DNA of 64,000 nt from an uncultured Nitrososphaerota archaeon (GCA_963718895.1 CAVRAG010000007.1:448001-512000); one strand, 5' to 3'. Numbered from the stretch's first letter, positions 38,727 to 51,191 are shown. The notes: generated by a model not told the origin, from the letters alone. Numbers and translations are program-made.

Positions 38727-40161
38727 CACCCGACGTCTGCCCCAGGACTCCCGCGAGCCTCGGCGAGAACTCCTCCAGCTGCTCCTTCACGAGCATCTGG
38801 TAGTACTGGAGTACGATGTCTACCATGAGCAGGAGGCCTATGCCCGTGCCGAAGACGCCGAAGACGTCCGAGATCGACGCGACCAGACCCGATGATGAGG
38901 CCTCCGATTATCGTGATTGGCGGGATGTACCGGTTGAGCACCTGCTCGAGGGAGAGGCCCGACCTCCTGAACCCCGGCACCTGGACGTCGGCGTTCATGA
39001 GGTTCTTCGCGACGGCCCTGGACGAGAGCCCACCTATTTCCACCCAGATCCTGGCGAACAGGACCGCGAACGTCACCAGGAAGCCGACGAAGATGAGAGC
39101 CCTGGACCGGGTCTGCCGCGGTGGCGGCTAGGCCCGTTGGGCGGCGAGATGTAGTAGACTAGGCCTCCGGTCGGGTTGCCGTTCGTGTCGTATCCTGAGA
39201 CGATGCAGTGGACCCAAGAGGCGGCCTCCAGCGTAGTTGGAGAGGAGCGCGTGAAGAACGGAGATGTTCGCGGTGAGCGCGGAGACCAGGATGACCGGGA
39301 TGTTAGAGACGTAGAGGAGCTTGATGGGATACACGCCCTGGAACCCCTTGAACTTGACAGAGGTGATCGGCACCTCCACCCTCATCCCCTCGATGTAGAT
39401 GATGAAGAGAATGACGGCGATGCTCATGACGAAGGTGAACAGGTCCGGGAACTGGTTCGGCCGGATGAAGACGATGCTCCCGCGGCCTGCTGGCTGAAGA
39501 GCGCTGATGAGCGCTGGGACGAAGCCGAAGATGACCGGTCGGGCCGCCTGTCTGGTTTGTCGTGCTGACGAGTTGGGGCGAGAAGGTGTACCACCATGAA
39601 GGTCTGCGCGACGCCGCCGAGGATGAAGAGGCTGATCCCGCTGCCGATGCCCCAGCCCTTCTGTATCATCTCGTCGAGGAGGAGGACCACCATGCTGGCG
39701 CAGAAGAGCTGGAAGAAGATGACTATGGCCTGGGTGCTCTGCGAGGGTGCCGAGCGCGCCGCCCAGGATGTACGCCCCGCACTCCACCGCGATGACGACG
39801 AAGGTGAGTATCTTGGTGGCCGTGCCGAAGAGCGCCCTGTCGTCCGGGTTCCCGAGGTCGAGCTTCAGGAGGTCGCTCCCCTGCAGCAGCTGGAGGATGA
39901 GCCCCGCCGTGACGATGGGGCCGATGCCGAGCTCCATCAGGGTTCCCTGGCTCGAGGCGAAGATTATCCTGAGGAACGCGAACTGGTCGGTCTGGTTGCC
40001 GAAGTGGAAGAGCGGGGTGATCGCCATCACCATGTAGAGGACCAGCGCGCCGCCGGTCCAGATGAACTTCTCAGAGAGGCTCGGGCTTCTTGCATTGGCT
40101 TCGGAATCTCTGGGAGGACGGTCGCAACGCTCTTGACAAAGTCTGCGTAATGAGAACCAAG
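38726..40161 (-). CDS. secY: Preprotein translocase SecY (frameshifted)
   Basis: GTLMELGIGPIVTAG, KGWGIGSGISLFI, YPIKLLYVSNIPVIL, QVPGFR. Confidence 0.93.
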
Positions 40162-40181
40162 GCTAGTTGCGAACTCCGGTC

Positions 40182-40596
40182 TCACTCTGTACGTATCTTG
40201 CCACCTGCTTCCTCAAGCTTCTGTCTTTGCCCTCTCGGTATATAAGAGACCTTCACGTTGAAGGCGCGCTTCACGTTCCCGGAGCCCAGCAGCTTCTCCA
40301 CGCCCATTGGCGGCAAGGTCCAGCGATGATGGGACCCTCCGTAGCTCCTGTCTCGGCGAATCGCCCGAGGTCGCCCACGTTGGCCCACTTCGAGACCTTG
40401 TGGCGCCGGGGCTATGAACGGGTCCCGCCCGAAGTGGTCCGGGTCGTTGATGTTGAGCCAAGACCACTTGTGCTTGTGCAGGCCGGCGTTGCCGTGCCCG
40501 CCCTGCTTTCCCGAGTGCCTGTGCTGTCCTATCTGGCCGTAGCCGTGCGTCCTCGAGCCGCGCATGCCTCCTCATCTTCCGAAGTCTGGTCGGCAT
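40182..40596 (-). CDS. rpl15: 50S ribosomal protein uL15 (frameshifted)
   Basis: RGSRTHGYG..HR.SG..GG.GNAGLHKHKW. Confidence 0.9.
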
Positions 40597-40598
40597 CC

Positions 40599-41070
40599 TT
40601 ACATCATCCTCCGGACCATATCTGGCAGCGTGGGGTTCTCGCCGAGGATTCCTCCCTCCCTGAACTGCCTCCGCGAGGAGCGCTTGAACCCTCCCTCGGG
40701 GCGGCGAGAGTCCGAAGAAGGGCTTCAGCCCCTGGGACCGACGAGAGGATGTGAACCTCTCCTTGATCATCTTCGAGGCCAGGTCTGAGTGGTCCTTGTA
40801 TCCCAACGGCTTCAACGCTTCCTCGTCCAGGGTCTTCGAGTTGCTTACCCGCCCCCTGGTCTTCAGGAGCGACCTGAGCAGCTCGGCGTCGACCTGGCTC
40901 CAGGCGACGTAGTCCTTGCAGAGGTGGAGCGCGCCCACCGTCGACGGGGTCGTCGCCGACGACCGTCGCGGCGAAGCGCTTCCCGATCCCCAGCTCGATG
41001 AGCGTGGTGCGCACCTCGGACCTCGGGTGTTTATCAGGCCGTGGAGGTTCACGACGAGAAGGCTAGTCAT
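40599..41070 (-). CDS. rpl30: 50S ribosomal protein uL30 (frameshifted)
   Basis: LLVVNLHG, KDYVAW, KPFFGLSPPRG. Confidence 0.85.
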
Positions 41071-41082
41071 TCTTCCAATCAC

Positions 41083-41716
41083 TCACACATTCAATCCTCT
41101 GGACTTTGAGAAGGCGTCGTAGACTGCGTTGGCGAGCGATGAGAGCGTGTCGGTGGAGCCGAACGTCCTTGACCCAGACGTCCTTGACCCCGGCGAGCGC
41201 GAGCAGGTTCGTCAAGTGCGGGGCCTGCGACCGTCCCGAGCGACCGTGGCGCCGGGCAGGAGCTCAACCCGGACGCTTCCCGCCTTGCCCCACGATCCTG
41301 TACGGGACAGAGTGCTTCGTGCCGCACCTGCACTCCCAGCTCCCGCATCCAAGCTGGACCGGAATGACGTTGAGAAGGGCGTCGTTGGTCGCCTTGTCGA
41401 TTGCGGACTTCATCTGTGCGGCCTTGCCCTTGCCCGACTCCGAAGAAGCCGTTCCCGTTCCCGACCGCCACCACAGCCCCGAACCGCGTGAGCTCTCCGG
41501 CGTCGGTCTGCTTCTGGACGATGCCGACGCAGACGACCTCCGATTTCAGGTCGGGGACCAGCTTCTTGACGATCTCGGGCTCCCTCAGCTTGAGGCCGAG
41601 CTGGAATATCTCGTCCAGCGAGGTCATCTTGCCCTCCTGGACCATGTTGCCGAGCTTGGTGCGCGGGACCCAGGGCGCCTCTTCCTCTGCTCGTCTCTCC
41701 TTCGACGGTCCGACAT
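41083..41716 (-). CDS. rps5: 30S ribosomal protein uS5 (frameshifted)
   Basis: WVPRTKLG, VQKQTDAGE..F.AVVAVGN. Confidence 0.9.
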
Positions 41717-42293
41717 CACTTGGCCCCCACTATCGCATCCTTGATGCGAGCATAGTTCTCGGCGTAATCCTCGGGCTTGAATCCCTTCTTGAGGAGCCCG
41801 GAGAAGCGCTTGTCGTAGACGCTCCTTGTCCTTGGCAAGCTCCTTGGCGTACTTCGCGATGTTCTCGCCCTTCAGCCTCTCCTCGGAGGGCATCGCCTCG
41901 TCCGCGAACGGGATCTGCACGCCAGCGTCGATGACGCCTTTGACGAACGCCGAGATCCTGGAGCCCTTGACGAAGGGCGCGACGCCGTTGTACAGGAACG
42001 CGCTTCTCCACTCCCTTCTCCTTGGCCTTCTTTCCCGCCCACAGCCCGAGCAGGTAGCAGGCGGGGACGTGACTTTAGCGAGCCCTTCCAGCCGAGCTTC
42101 GTGAGGCGTGGAGTGTGCGGATGCGAGGACCAGGTCGCCCTGTCACCGTTGGCTTCAGGAACTGGGCGCTGACGTTCTTGTTCGAGATCCTGACTGCTAG
42201 CAGGGTTCCTCTGGAAGAGATAGCCTTCCTGCGCGCGCCGTAGTTCGTCGCGCCGCTCCTCCTCCTCCGGTACATCGGAACATAATCTGCCAT
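41716..42293 (-). CDS. rpl18: 50S ribosomal protein uL18 (frameshifted)
   Basis: RRRRSGATNYGAR, VRISNKNVSAQ. Confidence 0.88.
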
Positions 42294-42295
42294 TT

Positions 42296-42731
42296 CTATC
42301 GCCGCGACTCCTTCATCATCTCGATCAGGTGCTTCACTCCCCTGACCTGGCCGCCCTTTGACCTGCCTGTAGAGCTTCCGGTACTGGTCCTTCGATATCT
42401 CGTTGCGCTCCCGGGCGACCTTGAGCCTCCACCTGAGCGCCCTGACCTTCATGACCCACGCCTGTCTTCCTCGGGGTCCTTGCAGTCTTGGCGCCCCTGA
42501 GCGAGCCCGTGGCCCCGAGACTTGCCCTTCTTGTGCTTGGTCCTGGCCCTCCCTCTCGAGATGCCCTGCACCGGGGCCACCTTGATCGCCTCCCAGCCCG
42601 GCGAGCCCGCGGATAGTGCTCCTCGTGATCGCGTCCTGGATGAGGTCCTGCGCCTCTGGGTCGAAGATTATCCTGTCCTTGCCGACGCCTAGGACGTCGG
42701 CCGCGAGCCTTCTCTTACTTCTTAGGTTCAA
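42296..42731 (-). CDS. rpl19e: 50S ribosomal protein eL19 (frameshifted)
   Basis: NLRSKRRLAADVLGVGKDRI, WVMKVRALR, YRKLYRQVKG. Confidence 0.9.
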
Positions 42732-43155
42732 TCACTCTCAACCTCTGTGGGTTCAGGACCCTGAGTCCCAGCTCTGAGGCCCTCTTCAGGATCTCCACCC
42801 GCTTCCTTCCGCCTACGGTACGGCCTATCCTGACGACGTCCTTCTCCGGGACGACCTTCGTCAGGTCGTGCGTGTTGTATACCAGAACCTCGATGTGCCC
42901 GCTCGAGTGATACCCCCGCACCTCGTGCGGTCCCCTGTAGCCCACCTTGACCCGCTTCGGGTAACCCTTGAACGACTTTCTGATCTTGTTGTCCAGCCCC
43001 TTCGGCTTCCTCCACTCCGGGTGGAGGCGGACGTACCTCCAGCTCTCTGGCCTGAAGAACTCCGGCCTATGCTCCGCTATGCTCTTCCTGACCTCGAGGA
43101 GTTTCTCGAGTTTGGGGGCCTCTGTGTCCATCTTTTTTGCGGATTTCTTGGGCAT
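42715..43155 (-). CDS. rpl32e: 50S ribosomal protein eL32
   Basis: F.RPESWRY..WRKPKGLDNKIR. Confidence 0.95.
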   Translation of the reverse strand: MPKKSAKKMDTEAPKLEKLLEVRKSIAEHRPEFFRPESWRYVRLHPEWRKPKGLDNKIRKSFKGYPKRVKVGYRGPHEVRGYHSSGHIEVLVYNTHDLTKVVPEKDVVRIGRTVGGRKRVEILKRASELGLRVLNPQRLRVIEPKK

Positions 43156-43158
43156 TGT

Positions 43159-43706
43159 TTACCAGCCTTTCTTCTTCTCGTAGACGTAGACGCCATCCAA
43201 GAAGATTCGCTGGTCCTTGCGCTTTATCTTGGTGGCCTGCTCTACGATTAGCAGAAGTCTGTCCAACGTCCTCGAGCGAGACACCCTTAATAATAATATC
43301 GTCGCCGTCTACAGTCACCTTGCAGTCACCGACTATCTTGGTTACCCTCGCGGAACGCTCGCCCATGAAGTTCTCGACCACCACCGTGTCGCCCTTTACC
43401 TTGACCGTGACAGGGAAGTGGGCGAAGACGACCTTCATCTTGTACACGTAGCCCTGGGTCACGCCCGTGACCATGTTCCTCACGAGCGAGGAGACCGTGT
43501 TGGAGGAGACGACGTCCTTCTTCTTGCCCGATGAACGATGTTATCTTGACCTTGCCCGAATCGACGTCGACGTTGACGTGAATCTTGTTGAAGTTCTTCT
43601 TCACGGTCCCGAGGGGGCCCTTGACCGAGAGTATCCTCCCGTCGACCGATGCGCTGACGCCGTCGAGGAGGTCCACGGCGTGGACCGCAGGCCCCTTAGT
43701 AGACAT
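43159..43706 (-). CDS. rpl6: 50S ribosomal protein uL6 (frameshifted)
   Basis: VKGPLG, NMVTGVTQGY, AHFPVTV, NFMGER, FLDGVYV. Confidence 0.9.
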
Positions 43707-44082
43707 AGCCAAGTAATCTCCCTCCAACGTTCTTCTCCTGCGCTTCTGTGTGCGACAGCACCCCTTCGGCGTCGAGACGATGAGCATCCCCACTCCGACC
43801 GCAGGAAGGTACCTGCTCTCCCACTTGTGTAGTCCTTCGCTTTATCGGGAACCGCGGGAGACCGCCCCGCACTTGTTGATCCTACCCAGAAGCTGGACCC
43901 TGAGCTTGCCCGAGACGCCGTCGTCGATGAACTCGAACTCGCCGATGTACCTCTTCTTCTGGAGGACGCGCATCACCTCGCTCGCCAGGTTCGAGGCGGG
44001 GATGACGACGCTTCCTTCTTCTCCTCATCTCCGAGTTCTGCAGGGAGGTGAAGAGGTTTGCGAGGATGTTGGTCACTGTCAT
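43696..44082 (-). CDS. rps8: 30S ribosomal protein uS8 (frameshifted)
   Basis: [37 protein letters not shown]. Confidence 0.88.
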
Positions 44083-44095
44083 CTAAGCATCTCTC

Positions 44096-44257
44096 CTAGT
44101 CGTACTTCCTGAAGCCAAGCTTCTCGGCAACCTCTCTGAAACACTGTCTGCAGAGGAACAGGTCGTAGCTCCTAATGACCGCTCCGTACTGTCCGCAGCG
44201 CCTGCAGTAGCGCGTCGACTTGCCATACTTTCTGACCTTAGGATGTCTCTCCTTCAC
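44096..44257 (-). CDS. rps14: 30S ribosomal protein uS14
   Basis: Manual translation: [45 protein letters not shown]. Confidence 0.93.
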   Translation of the reverse strand: MKERHPKVRKYGKSTRYCRRCGQYGAVIRSYDLFLCRQCFREVAEKLGFRKYD

Positions 44258-44785
44258 TCTATGGTTACCCCGAATTCGCGCTTGAAGTACTCAATCGCTT
44301 CCGTCCTTGCTGACTACGTGGCTCCTTCCCGATGCCGTCCCGGCTTGTGCAGCCGTCCTCGAGACCCTGCCTCCCGGTCTCTCGAGGAGCACGGAGACGT
44401 TCATCCCCCAGATGCCTATCTCTGGGTCGTACCTTATGCCCGGAATCTCGATGTGCTCCTTCAGCCCGAAGGAGACGCTGCCTCTGTCGTCGAAGGTCGA
44501 CTCGTTCATCTTCTTCTCCCTGGCTGCCAGGAGGCGGGCTATCAGTTCCTTGGTCCCCTCGCCCCTTATCGTGACGACGAGCCCGATGGGCTCGCCCTTG
44601 TGGGTCCCGAAGTCCCTGATGGACTTCTTCGACTTCCTCGCGTTGGGCTTCTGTCCTGTTATCTGCTCGAGGACCTTCCTCGCCCTCTCGACCGCCTCGC
44701 CCGACTTGCCGACTCCGATGTTTACCACTACCTTGCCTACGGTGATTCGCCGCATGGGGGCCTCGACGGTCTGCGTCTGGCTCAT
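44254..44785 (-). CDS. rpl5: 50S ribosomal protein uL5 (frameshifted near the 3' end)
   Basis: [39 protein letters not shown]. Confidence 0.93.
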
Positions 44786-44786
44786 T

Positions 44787-45510
44787 CTACTCTTGCACCT
44801 CTATCGCCGGGTTCTCGGTCCCGACCGGGAAGACCAGCCTCGCCGGGAGCTCCGTCTCTCCGCTCGGGAGGGAGATCGTGACCATCTTCTCCCTGGAGAC
44901 TCGTGCCCTTCTTCACGTCCGATTATCTTGCCCACCTGACCCGCCCTCTCTCCCGAGAGGACGAGGCCGAGCGAGCCCTTCGCCAGCTTGACGCTCGAGA
45001 CGACGCTCTGCTCCGGGACCTTCATGACCACGGCGTCGCCGGGTGACAGGCGCCAGCTTGTCGTCGAGCATCGACCGGCCGTCGTGGAACCCGTACTGGA
45101 TGTGCCCTCCGGTGACCTTGACTTCGAGCTTACCCGGCAGAGCTTCAGGTTGGCCTGCTCCTTCGCGACCTTGCCGCGGCCTGAGCCCGTCGGACGATGG
45201 TACAAGCCGGAAGGCCATCCCCTCCTTGGGCACGGCTATCACGTTGAACAGCCCCACCGGGAAGGAGGCGTCGTGCCGCGCGACGCCGTCGACGAGGACC
45301 TGAGAGTGCGAGAGGACGTTGTCGATCTCCCTCTTGTTCTGCGACCAGATGGAGGAGGTCGCGCTGATGGCCACTCCCAGCGAGTAGGAGTTCTGGATCG
45401 AGTAGGGGCCGGGGAGGGCTTGATGATGAACCGGCTGGACTTCCTCTCATGTCCCATGAGCGCGGGGCGCTCAGCCGCTTGAGACTCTTGCTACCGCTCT
45501 TCTTTGCCAT
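44787..45510 (-). CDS. rps4e: 30S ribosomal protein eS4 (frameshifted)
   Basis: [28 protein letters not shown]. Confidence 0.9.
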
Positions 45511-45517
45511 TCTAGCT

Positions 45518-45806
45518 CTACTCTCCCTGCACCCTTCTCTTCCTGAGCTTGTCGTCGAGGTTGAGGCTGGTGACGACTACCTTCGAGGCGTCTATCTGCG
45601 CCAGCGCGGTCCCTCCGGCGATCTTCTCCCTGTTCACCCCTTCGACGAAGAGCTTCCCTCGCTGCGCCGTCGACCCGCGAGACCTTCCCTTCGATTCCCT
45701 TGAACCCGCCCCTGACTATCTTGACCGCGTCGCCCTTCCGGGGCCTGATCGTCTTCTTCTTGTACTTCTCGCGCAATTCGTCAGACAGCGGAGAACCAAA
45801 TTTCAT
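45518..45806 (-). CDS. rpl24: 50S ribosomal protein uL24 (frameshifted, short N-terminus)
   Basis: [30 protein letters not shown]. Confidence 0.88.
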
Positions 45807-45817
45807 TTCATCATCAC

Positions 45818-46251
45818 CTATACAACTATCGAGGCGATGTTAGCAAGCCTTGGCCACTTCTCAGCTGCCTCGCTCGCCACGGGTCCCTTTATATCGGTAC
45901 CCTTCATCTCGCCCTCTGGGGTCACCAGGACCGCGGCGTTGTCCTCGAAGCAGACCCTCAGCCCGCTCACCCTTCTGACGGCGTACTTCTGCCTCACGAT
46001 CACTGCTCCGAAGATCTGTTTCCTCAGATCTGGAGGGCCCCTCTTCACGACGCAAGGATGTGGTCGCCCACGGAGGCGGCGGGATACCTGGCTGAGCCTG
46101 GTCTTGGCCTTGGATACCATGATGACCTTCAGCGTCTTGGCGCCGGTGTTGTCTGCGCAGGTGATGACCGCGTTGAGCGGGAGAGCCGCGTGATGTAGGT
46201 CTTGAACTCCTCGACTCCCTTGGCGGATACGGCTCTGGACTTGGTGGACAT
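45818..46251 (-). CDS. rpl14: 50S ribosomal protein uL14 (frameshifted)
   Basis: [32 protein letters not shown]. Confidence 0.93.
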
Positions 46252-46253
46252 CT

Positions 46254-46580
46254 CTACTTGCCGCTCCTAGTCTGGACCACGACGAACGAGATGGTCTTCG
46301 AAAGCGGCCTGCACTCGGCTATCGTGACCACGTCCCCCTCCTTGACCTCGATGCAGGGAGACAGGTGGGCGTGGACCTTGCCCCTCCGCCTCTCGTACCT
46401 GTTGTACTTTGGAATCTTGTAAAGGAGCTCCCTCTGGATTACGACCGTCTGCTTGTCCGAGATGGAGACGACTCTTCCGGTGAGTATCTTCCCCCTGACC
46501 TTGACGTGGCCGTGGAACGGGCAGCGGGAGTCGCCGCAGGTCTTCTTCGGTGGAGGCACCATCAGGCCGGCGGAGCTCAT
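46254..46580 (-). CDS. rps17: 30S ribosomal protein uS17
   Basis: CPFHG..VRG, KYNRYERR, AECRPLSKT. Confidence 0.95.
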   Translation of the reverse strand: MSSAGLMVPPPKKTCGDSRCPFHGHVKVRGKILTGRVVSISDKQTVVIQRELLYKIPKYNRYERRRGKVHAHLSPCIEVKEGDVVTIAECRPLSKTISFVVVQTRSGK

Positions 46581-46819
46581 ACCTTGGACCCCCTTGCGAG
46601 CCTGTCCTCTATCCTTCCGTTCATCTCGTCGCCATCACAACCTTACCGCTGTCCTTGATCTGGAGCACCGTCCCCGTCTTGGTCAGGACGACCTTCCGCT
46701 TCCCGGAGACAATCGTGATCATCCGCATACTCTCGAGCACGAGGGTGCCATTGACGCCAACCATGAGACGGGTTGGAGCACTGGACGACAACCACATCCT
46801 TTCCAAGGACTTGCATCAT
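46577..46819 (-). CDS. rnp1: RNase P protein Rpp29/POP4 (frameshifted)
   Basis: VGVNGTLVLES; GRIEDRL; conserved position between rpl29 and rps17. Confidence 0.7.
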
Positions 46820-47022
46820 TCTGTGACACCCTTCTCCTTCATGACCGTCAGGACCCGGGCGATGTCCTTCCTTATCCGGGGTATCTTCCCGGACTGCTTC
46901 TGGATCATCCCGCTGGCCGACAGGCCATTTAGCTTCATGAGTTCGCCCCTGAGCTCGAAGAGCCTGTCCCGGAGCTGATCCGGGTCCTGCTCTCTAAGGT
47001 TCTTAGCTTTCACTCTTGGCAA
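46816..47022 (-). CDS. rpl29: 50S ribosomal protein uL29
   Basis: LFELRGEL..GKIPRIRKDIARVLT. Confidence 0.92.
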   Translation of the reverse strand: MPRVKAKNLREQDPDQLRDRLFELRGELMKLNGLSASGMIQKQSGKIPRIRKDIARVLTVMKEKGVTE

Positions 47023-48020
47023 CTTGTTCCACCGTTTGTACCGCGGCCGGCTCTACCGTCTCGTTCACCCCGGCTTCGACCCCGGGCACCTCGGCCACTT
47101 TCTCGTCCGTCACGGCCTCGCTGGGTTCGACCTTCTCTTCGGCCTGAGTCTGCGTCGTCTCCTCGGACTTTGGTTCGGCTGCCGGTTCAACCGCCGGTTC
47201 GGTCTTCGTCTCGGCGACCGGCTCTGGTGCCGTTTCCGCGGCTGGCTCCGCCTTGGGCTGCTTCCGACGAGTCCTTGTGTGGATGGCTGGTTTCACTTCG
47301 GCCTGGGGCGTCTCGACCTTCTCCCGGGGACCTGCGGAGTCACCGGCGCGCCCTCCGCTGCGGCCGGGGCCTCAGGGGCCGGGACGGCCTGCGGGGCCTG
47401 CGGCGCTTCGGCAGGTTGTTCCACATACTCCACCATCGGAGGTACCAGCGTCCTTGAGCGCTATCTTCACCTGTATGCCGATAGAGCCCGAGCTTGAGCA
47501 GAACATCCGTGGTCGCTTCCGACGACCCGCTTGGAGGCCTCGCCGCTCTTGGGGACGACGCCCATCCTGTACTTCTCGCTGTGCGACCTGTCACTCCTGA
47601 GCTTCCCCGCGACGCCGATCTCGACCCCTGCGCTCCTGCGGCCATGATCGAGTTCATGGTCCAGGTCGCGGCCCTCCTGAACGCCGTCCCTCGGGCGACT
47701 ATCTGCGCCGTCCGTGCCGCCATGATCCGCGGGTTGAGCTCGGGTTGCTCAACCTCGGAGACCGCAATCTGTGGGTTCGGGAGAGGGAACTTCGCTGCGA
47801 CCCGCTCCGTGAGATCCTTGATCCCCGTGCCCCGCCTGCCTATGGCGAGACCGGGACGAGTGACGAAGACCGTTATTCTGGAACCGACGGGGTTCTTCTG
47901 TATGTCGACGCCTGCGTAACCGGCTTCTCTGAGCTCTTTCTCTAGGTACTCGTCAATCTCCGCATAGGTCCGGTGCATCGCGAGGAGACTCTTCACTGCG
48001 CTCTTCTCAGAGGCAGACAT
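47003..48020 (-). CDS. rps3: 30S ribosomal protein uS3 with acidic Pro/Ala/Glu-rich tail (frameshifted)
   Basis: AGYAGVDI, RPGLAIGRRG, PELNP, AFRRAA. Confidence 0.9.
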
Positions 48021-48482
48021 CAGAGTTCTCTCCCGACGAATTCGACATGGACCAACACGTGAAAGTTCGGGCTGCTGCTCCCGTGCGCTCTGGGGACGAA
48101 GTCCTTCAGGACCCTCCCGGCCAGGGCGGAGGAATGGATAAGGCGAACTCGGTCGGGGTCCAATCCCTTGAACTCGCAGTTCGCCTGCAGGTTGCGTAAT
48201 ACTGCGAGGATGGCCTTGGCCGGCTTGACAGGATAGGAGCCAGACGGGAACCCGACCAGCTCGCTCCTGTGTCCGACCTTAAGCTTGTGACGCCTGAACG
48301 GGATCGGGCTCTTCATCTCCTCGACGTTCTCGAGGAGCGCTATCGCCTTTGTGAGTGTCATCAGCCGTGATGGTATTGCAGATCTCACGGGCGGCCTTGG
48401 GCGAGATGTCAACCTCCCTCCCGCTAGCCCTGACATGAATCGCTGGGTCAAATGCCTTGAAACTGTATGCGAATTGAGGCAA
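48020..48482 (-). CDS. rpl22: 50S ribosomal protein uL22 (frameshifted)
   Basis: DISPKAAREIC, PIPFRRH, YPVK, PRAHG. Confidence 0.9.
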
Positions 48483-48656
48483 CTACCGGCTTCCGTAAAC
48501 CACGCTCGATTTCTGAAGAGCATAAATACTTTGCGAGGTCACAACGTGCTCCACCACCCGCCGGGTAGGAGAATCCGGTCGAGAGCGCAAGGGAATTGCA
48601 CTCATCACGCTTATACGGGTGGCCCTTGAGTTCGCCCAAGGCTGAGCCATCCGCAA

Positions 48657-50415
48657 TTGTGGTCCAAGGATTCTCACGTCAGTGAAATCGCGGTCGACGA
48701 CTCCTCCTACGAGACGGTTTCGTGCGATGTGCTGATTGTCGGCTCGGGCGGCGCCGGTCTCCGGGCCGCGATCGAGTCCTTCGACCGTGGCGCGAGCACG
48801 CTCATAGTATCGAAGGTCCTGATGGGGAAGGCTCACACGGTGATGGCCGAGGGAGGAATCGCGGCGGCCCTCGGGAACGTCGACCCGGGCGACAGCTGGA
48901 AGGTGCACTTTTCGGATACCATCGTCGAGGGCCAGAGCCTTAGCAACTGGCGGATGGTCGAGGTCTACTCGAAGGAGGTTATCGAACGGGTGCACGAGCT
49001 CGAGCAGTACGGGGCGCTCTTCGACAGGACTCCCGACGGGAAGATAATGCAACGACCCTTCGGCGCCCACACGTATCGCCGGCTCTGCTACATAGGAGAT
49101 CGGACGGGCTTGGAACTGATAAGGACGCTCGAGGATCAGGTCCTGAAGCGGAACATACCCTTCATGGATGAGGTCGAGATAACTGGGATCTTCAAGGATC
49201 CAACGCGACGGTCGCGTCGCCGGCGCTCTCGGCATCAGGATCTCGACGGGGGGGCTTCTGCTCTTCAAGTGCAGAGCAATCATCCTGGCGACCGGCGGCT
49301 GCGGGAGGGTCTACGAGGTTACCTCCAACTCCTACGACTGCACAGGGGACGGTCTCTCTCTTGCCTATCGGGCGGGCGCGGAGCTGCTCGATATGGAGAT
49401 GCTCCAGTTCCACCCGACGGGTATGATCTATCCGGAAGGAGTCAGAGGCTTGTTGGTCACCGAGGCCGTCAGAGGGGAGGGCGGCATCCTAACAAACGCA
49501 AAGGGCGAGCGGTTCATGGAGAGGTACGATCCGAAGCGCAAGGAGCTCTCGGCGAGGGACGTCGTGGCCAGGGCGATCTTCACAGAGATATCCCAGGGAA
49601 GAGGGACTGCCAACGGAGCCGTCTACCTCGACGTCACTCACAGGGGGGGCGAGTACATCAGGAAGAAGCTCCCAAGTATGTACTCCCAGTTCAGGGAGTT
49701 CGCCGGGGTGGACATCACGAAGGAGAAGATGGAGGTGGCGCCCACGTTCCACTACCAGATGGGCGGAATCAGGGTGGAGCCAGAGAGCGGGAGGACCAAG
49801 GTAGTGGGGCTGTACGCCGCCGGCGAGGTAGCGTGTGGCCTCCACGGTGCGAACAGGCTAGGGGGAAACTCGCTCGGCGACATCCTCGTCTTCGGAAGGA
49901 GGGCCGGTCTTGCGGCCGCGGAGTTCGCCAAGGTCTCTGACCCGGGGGAGGTGTCGGAGAAGGACGTCCAGCTTGAGGCGACGCGGATCCTGGGGCCGTT
50001 CGGGGTGAAGCTCGGCAAGAACGCTTTCGCGCTCAAGGAGCGAATCGCGGCGGTGATGTGGAAGTACGTCGGGATCGTCCGAACCCAGGCCCAGCTCGAG
50101 CAGGGCCTGGCCGAGATACTCGCCATAGGGGAGGAGGCGCGGGATGTCCAGGCCGTGGGCAAGAGGGCCTACAACCAGTCGTGGCTCAGCTCCCTCCAGG
50201 TCTGGAACATGGTCCTCGACTGTGAGGCGATCATTAGGTCGGCGATGGAGCGGAAGGAGAGCAGGGGGGCGCACACCAGGTCGGACTTTCCAGAGAAGGA
50301 CGACGGGAAGTGGCTCGTAAACATTATCACCAGGGAGGAGGATGGAAGGATGTCCCACGAACTTGTCCCCGTCCAGAAGCCTCCGGCGGAGCTACAGGAA
50401 CTCATCAAGGAGTAG
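48657..50415 (+). CDS. sdhA: Succinate dehydrogenase/fumarate reductase flavoprotein (frameshifted near 49210)
   Basis: GSGGAG, KAHTVMAEGG (FAD His), QFHPTG, EAVRGEGG, HYQMGG, HGANRLGGNSL, RKESRGAH. Confidence 0.93.
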
Positions 50416-50422
50416 CTAGGGG

Positions 50423-51181
50423 ATGGCTACATCTGCTGTGGGAGCGAAGAAGGAAGTGAGGCTCAGGGTGTTTAGGGGAGTCGGCGACGACGCCTCTACA
50501 TACAGGTACGACGTCTTCACGGTCCCCCACGTGGAGGGCATGGTCGTCCTGAACGCGATGCACTACATCCAGAGCCACCTGGACCCCTCCCTGGCCGCCC
50601 GTTGGAACTGCAAGGCGGGCAAGTGCGGCTCGTGCTCGGCCGAGATCAACGACGTGCCGAGGTTGATGTGCAAGACTCCGGTCGATAGGTTCGAGGGAGA
50701 GATCACGGTCGAGCCGATGAAAGCGTTCCCGCTCATTCGCGATCTTGCGACCGACGTCTCTGAGAACTGGGCGGTCGCCAGGACCATCCCTCCCTTCACC
50801 CCCAGGGACAACGGGGGGAAGCCTTGGACGTTCTACGAACAGGATGTGGAGCGCTCGAGGGAGCTGCGGAAGTGCATAGAGTGCTTCCTCTGCCAGGACG
50901 TCTGCCATGTGGTGAGAGAGCACAAGGCGGACTACGTCGGGCCGAGGTGGGTGGTGAAGGCCGCGTCTCTCGACATGCACCCGATGGATGCCCTTGACCG
51001 CTCCGGGTACCTGAAGGACCAGGCAGGACTAGGCTACTGCAACATCACGAAGTGCTGCCAGGAGATCTGCCCTGAGCACATAGTCATCACGGACGACGCC
51101 ATAATCCCCGAGAAGGAACGGGTCGTCGACAGGAGCTACGACCCGATCCTCTGGGTCTACAGGAAGTTGCGCGGGAAGTAG
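50423..51181 (+). CDS. sdhB: Succinate dehydrogenase iron-sulfur subunit
   Basis: NCKAGKCGSC, CIECFLCQDVC, CNITKCCQEICP. Confidence 0.93.
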   Translation: MATSAVGAKKEVRLRVFRGVGDDASTYRYDVFTVPHVEGMVVLNAMHYIQSHLDPSLAARWNCKAGKCGSCSAEINDVPRLMCKTPVDRFEGEITVEPMKAFPLIRDLATDVSENWAVARTIPPFTPRDNGGKPWTFYEQDVERSRELRKCIECFLCQDVCHVVREHKADYVGPRWVVKAASLDMHPMDALDRSGYLKDQAGLGYCNITKCCQEICPEHIVITDDAIIPEKERVVDRSYDPILWVYRKLRGK

Positions 51182-51191
51182 CCGCTGGGAC

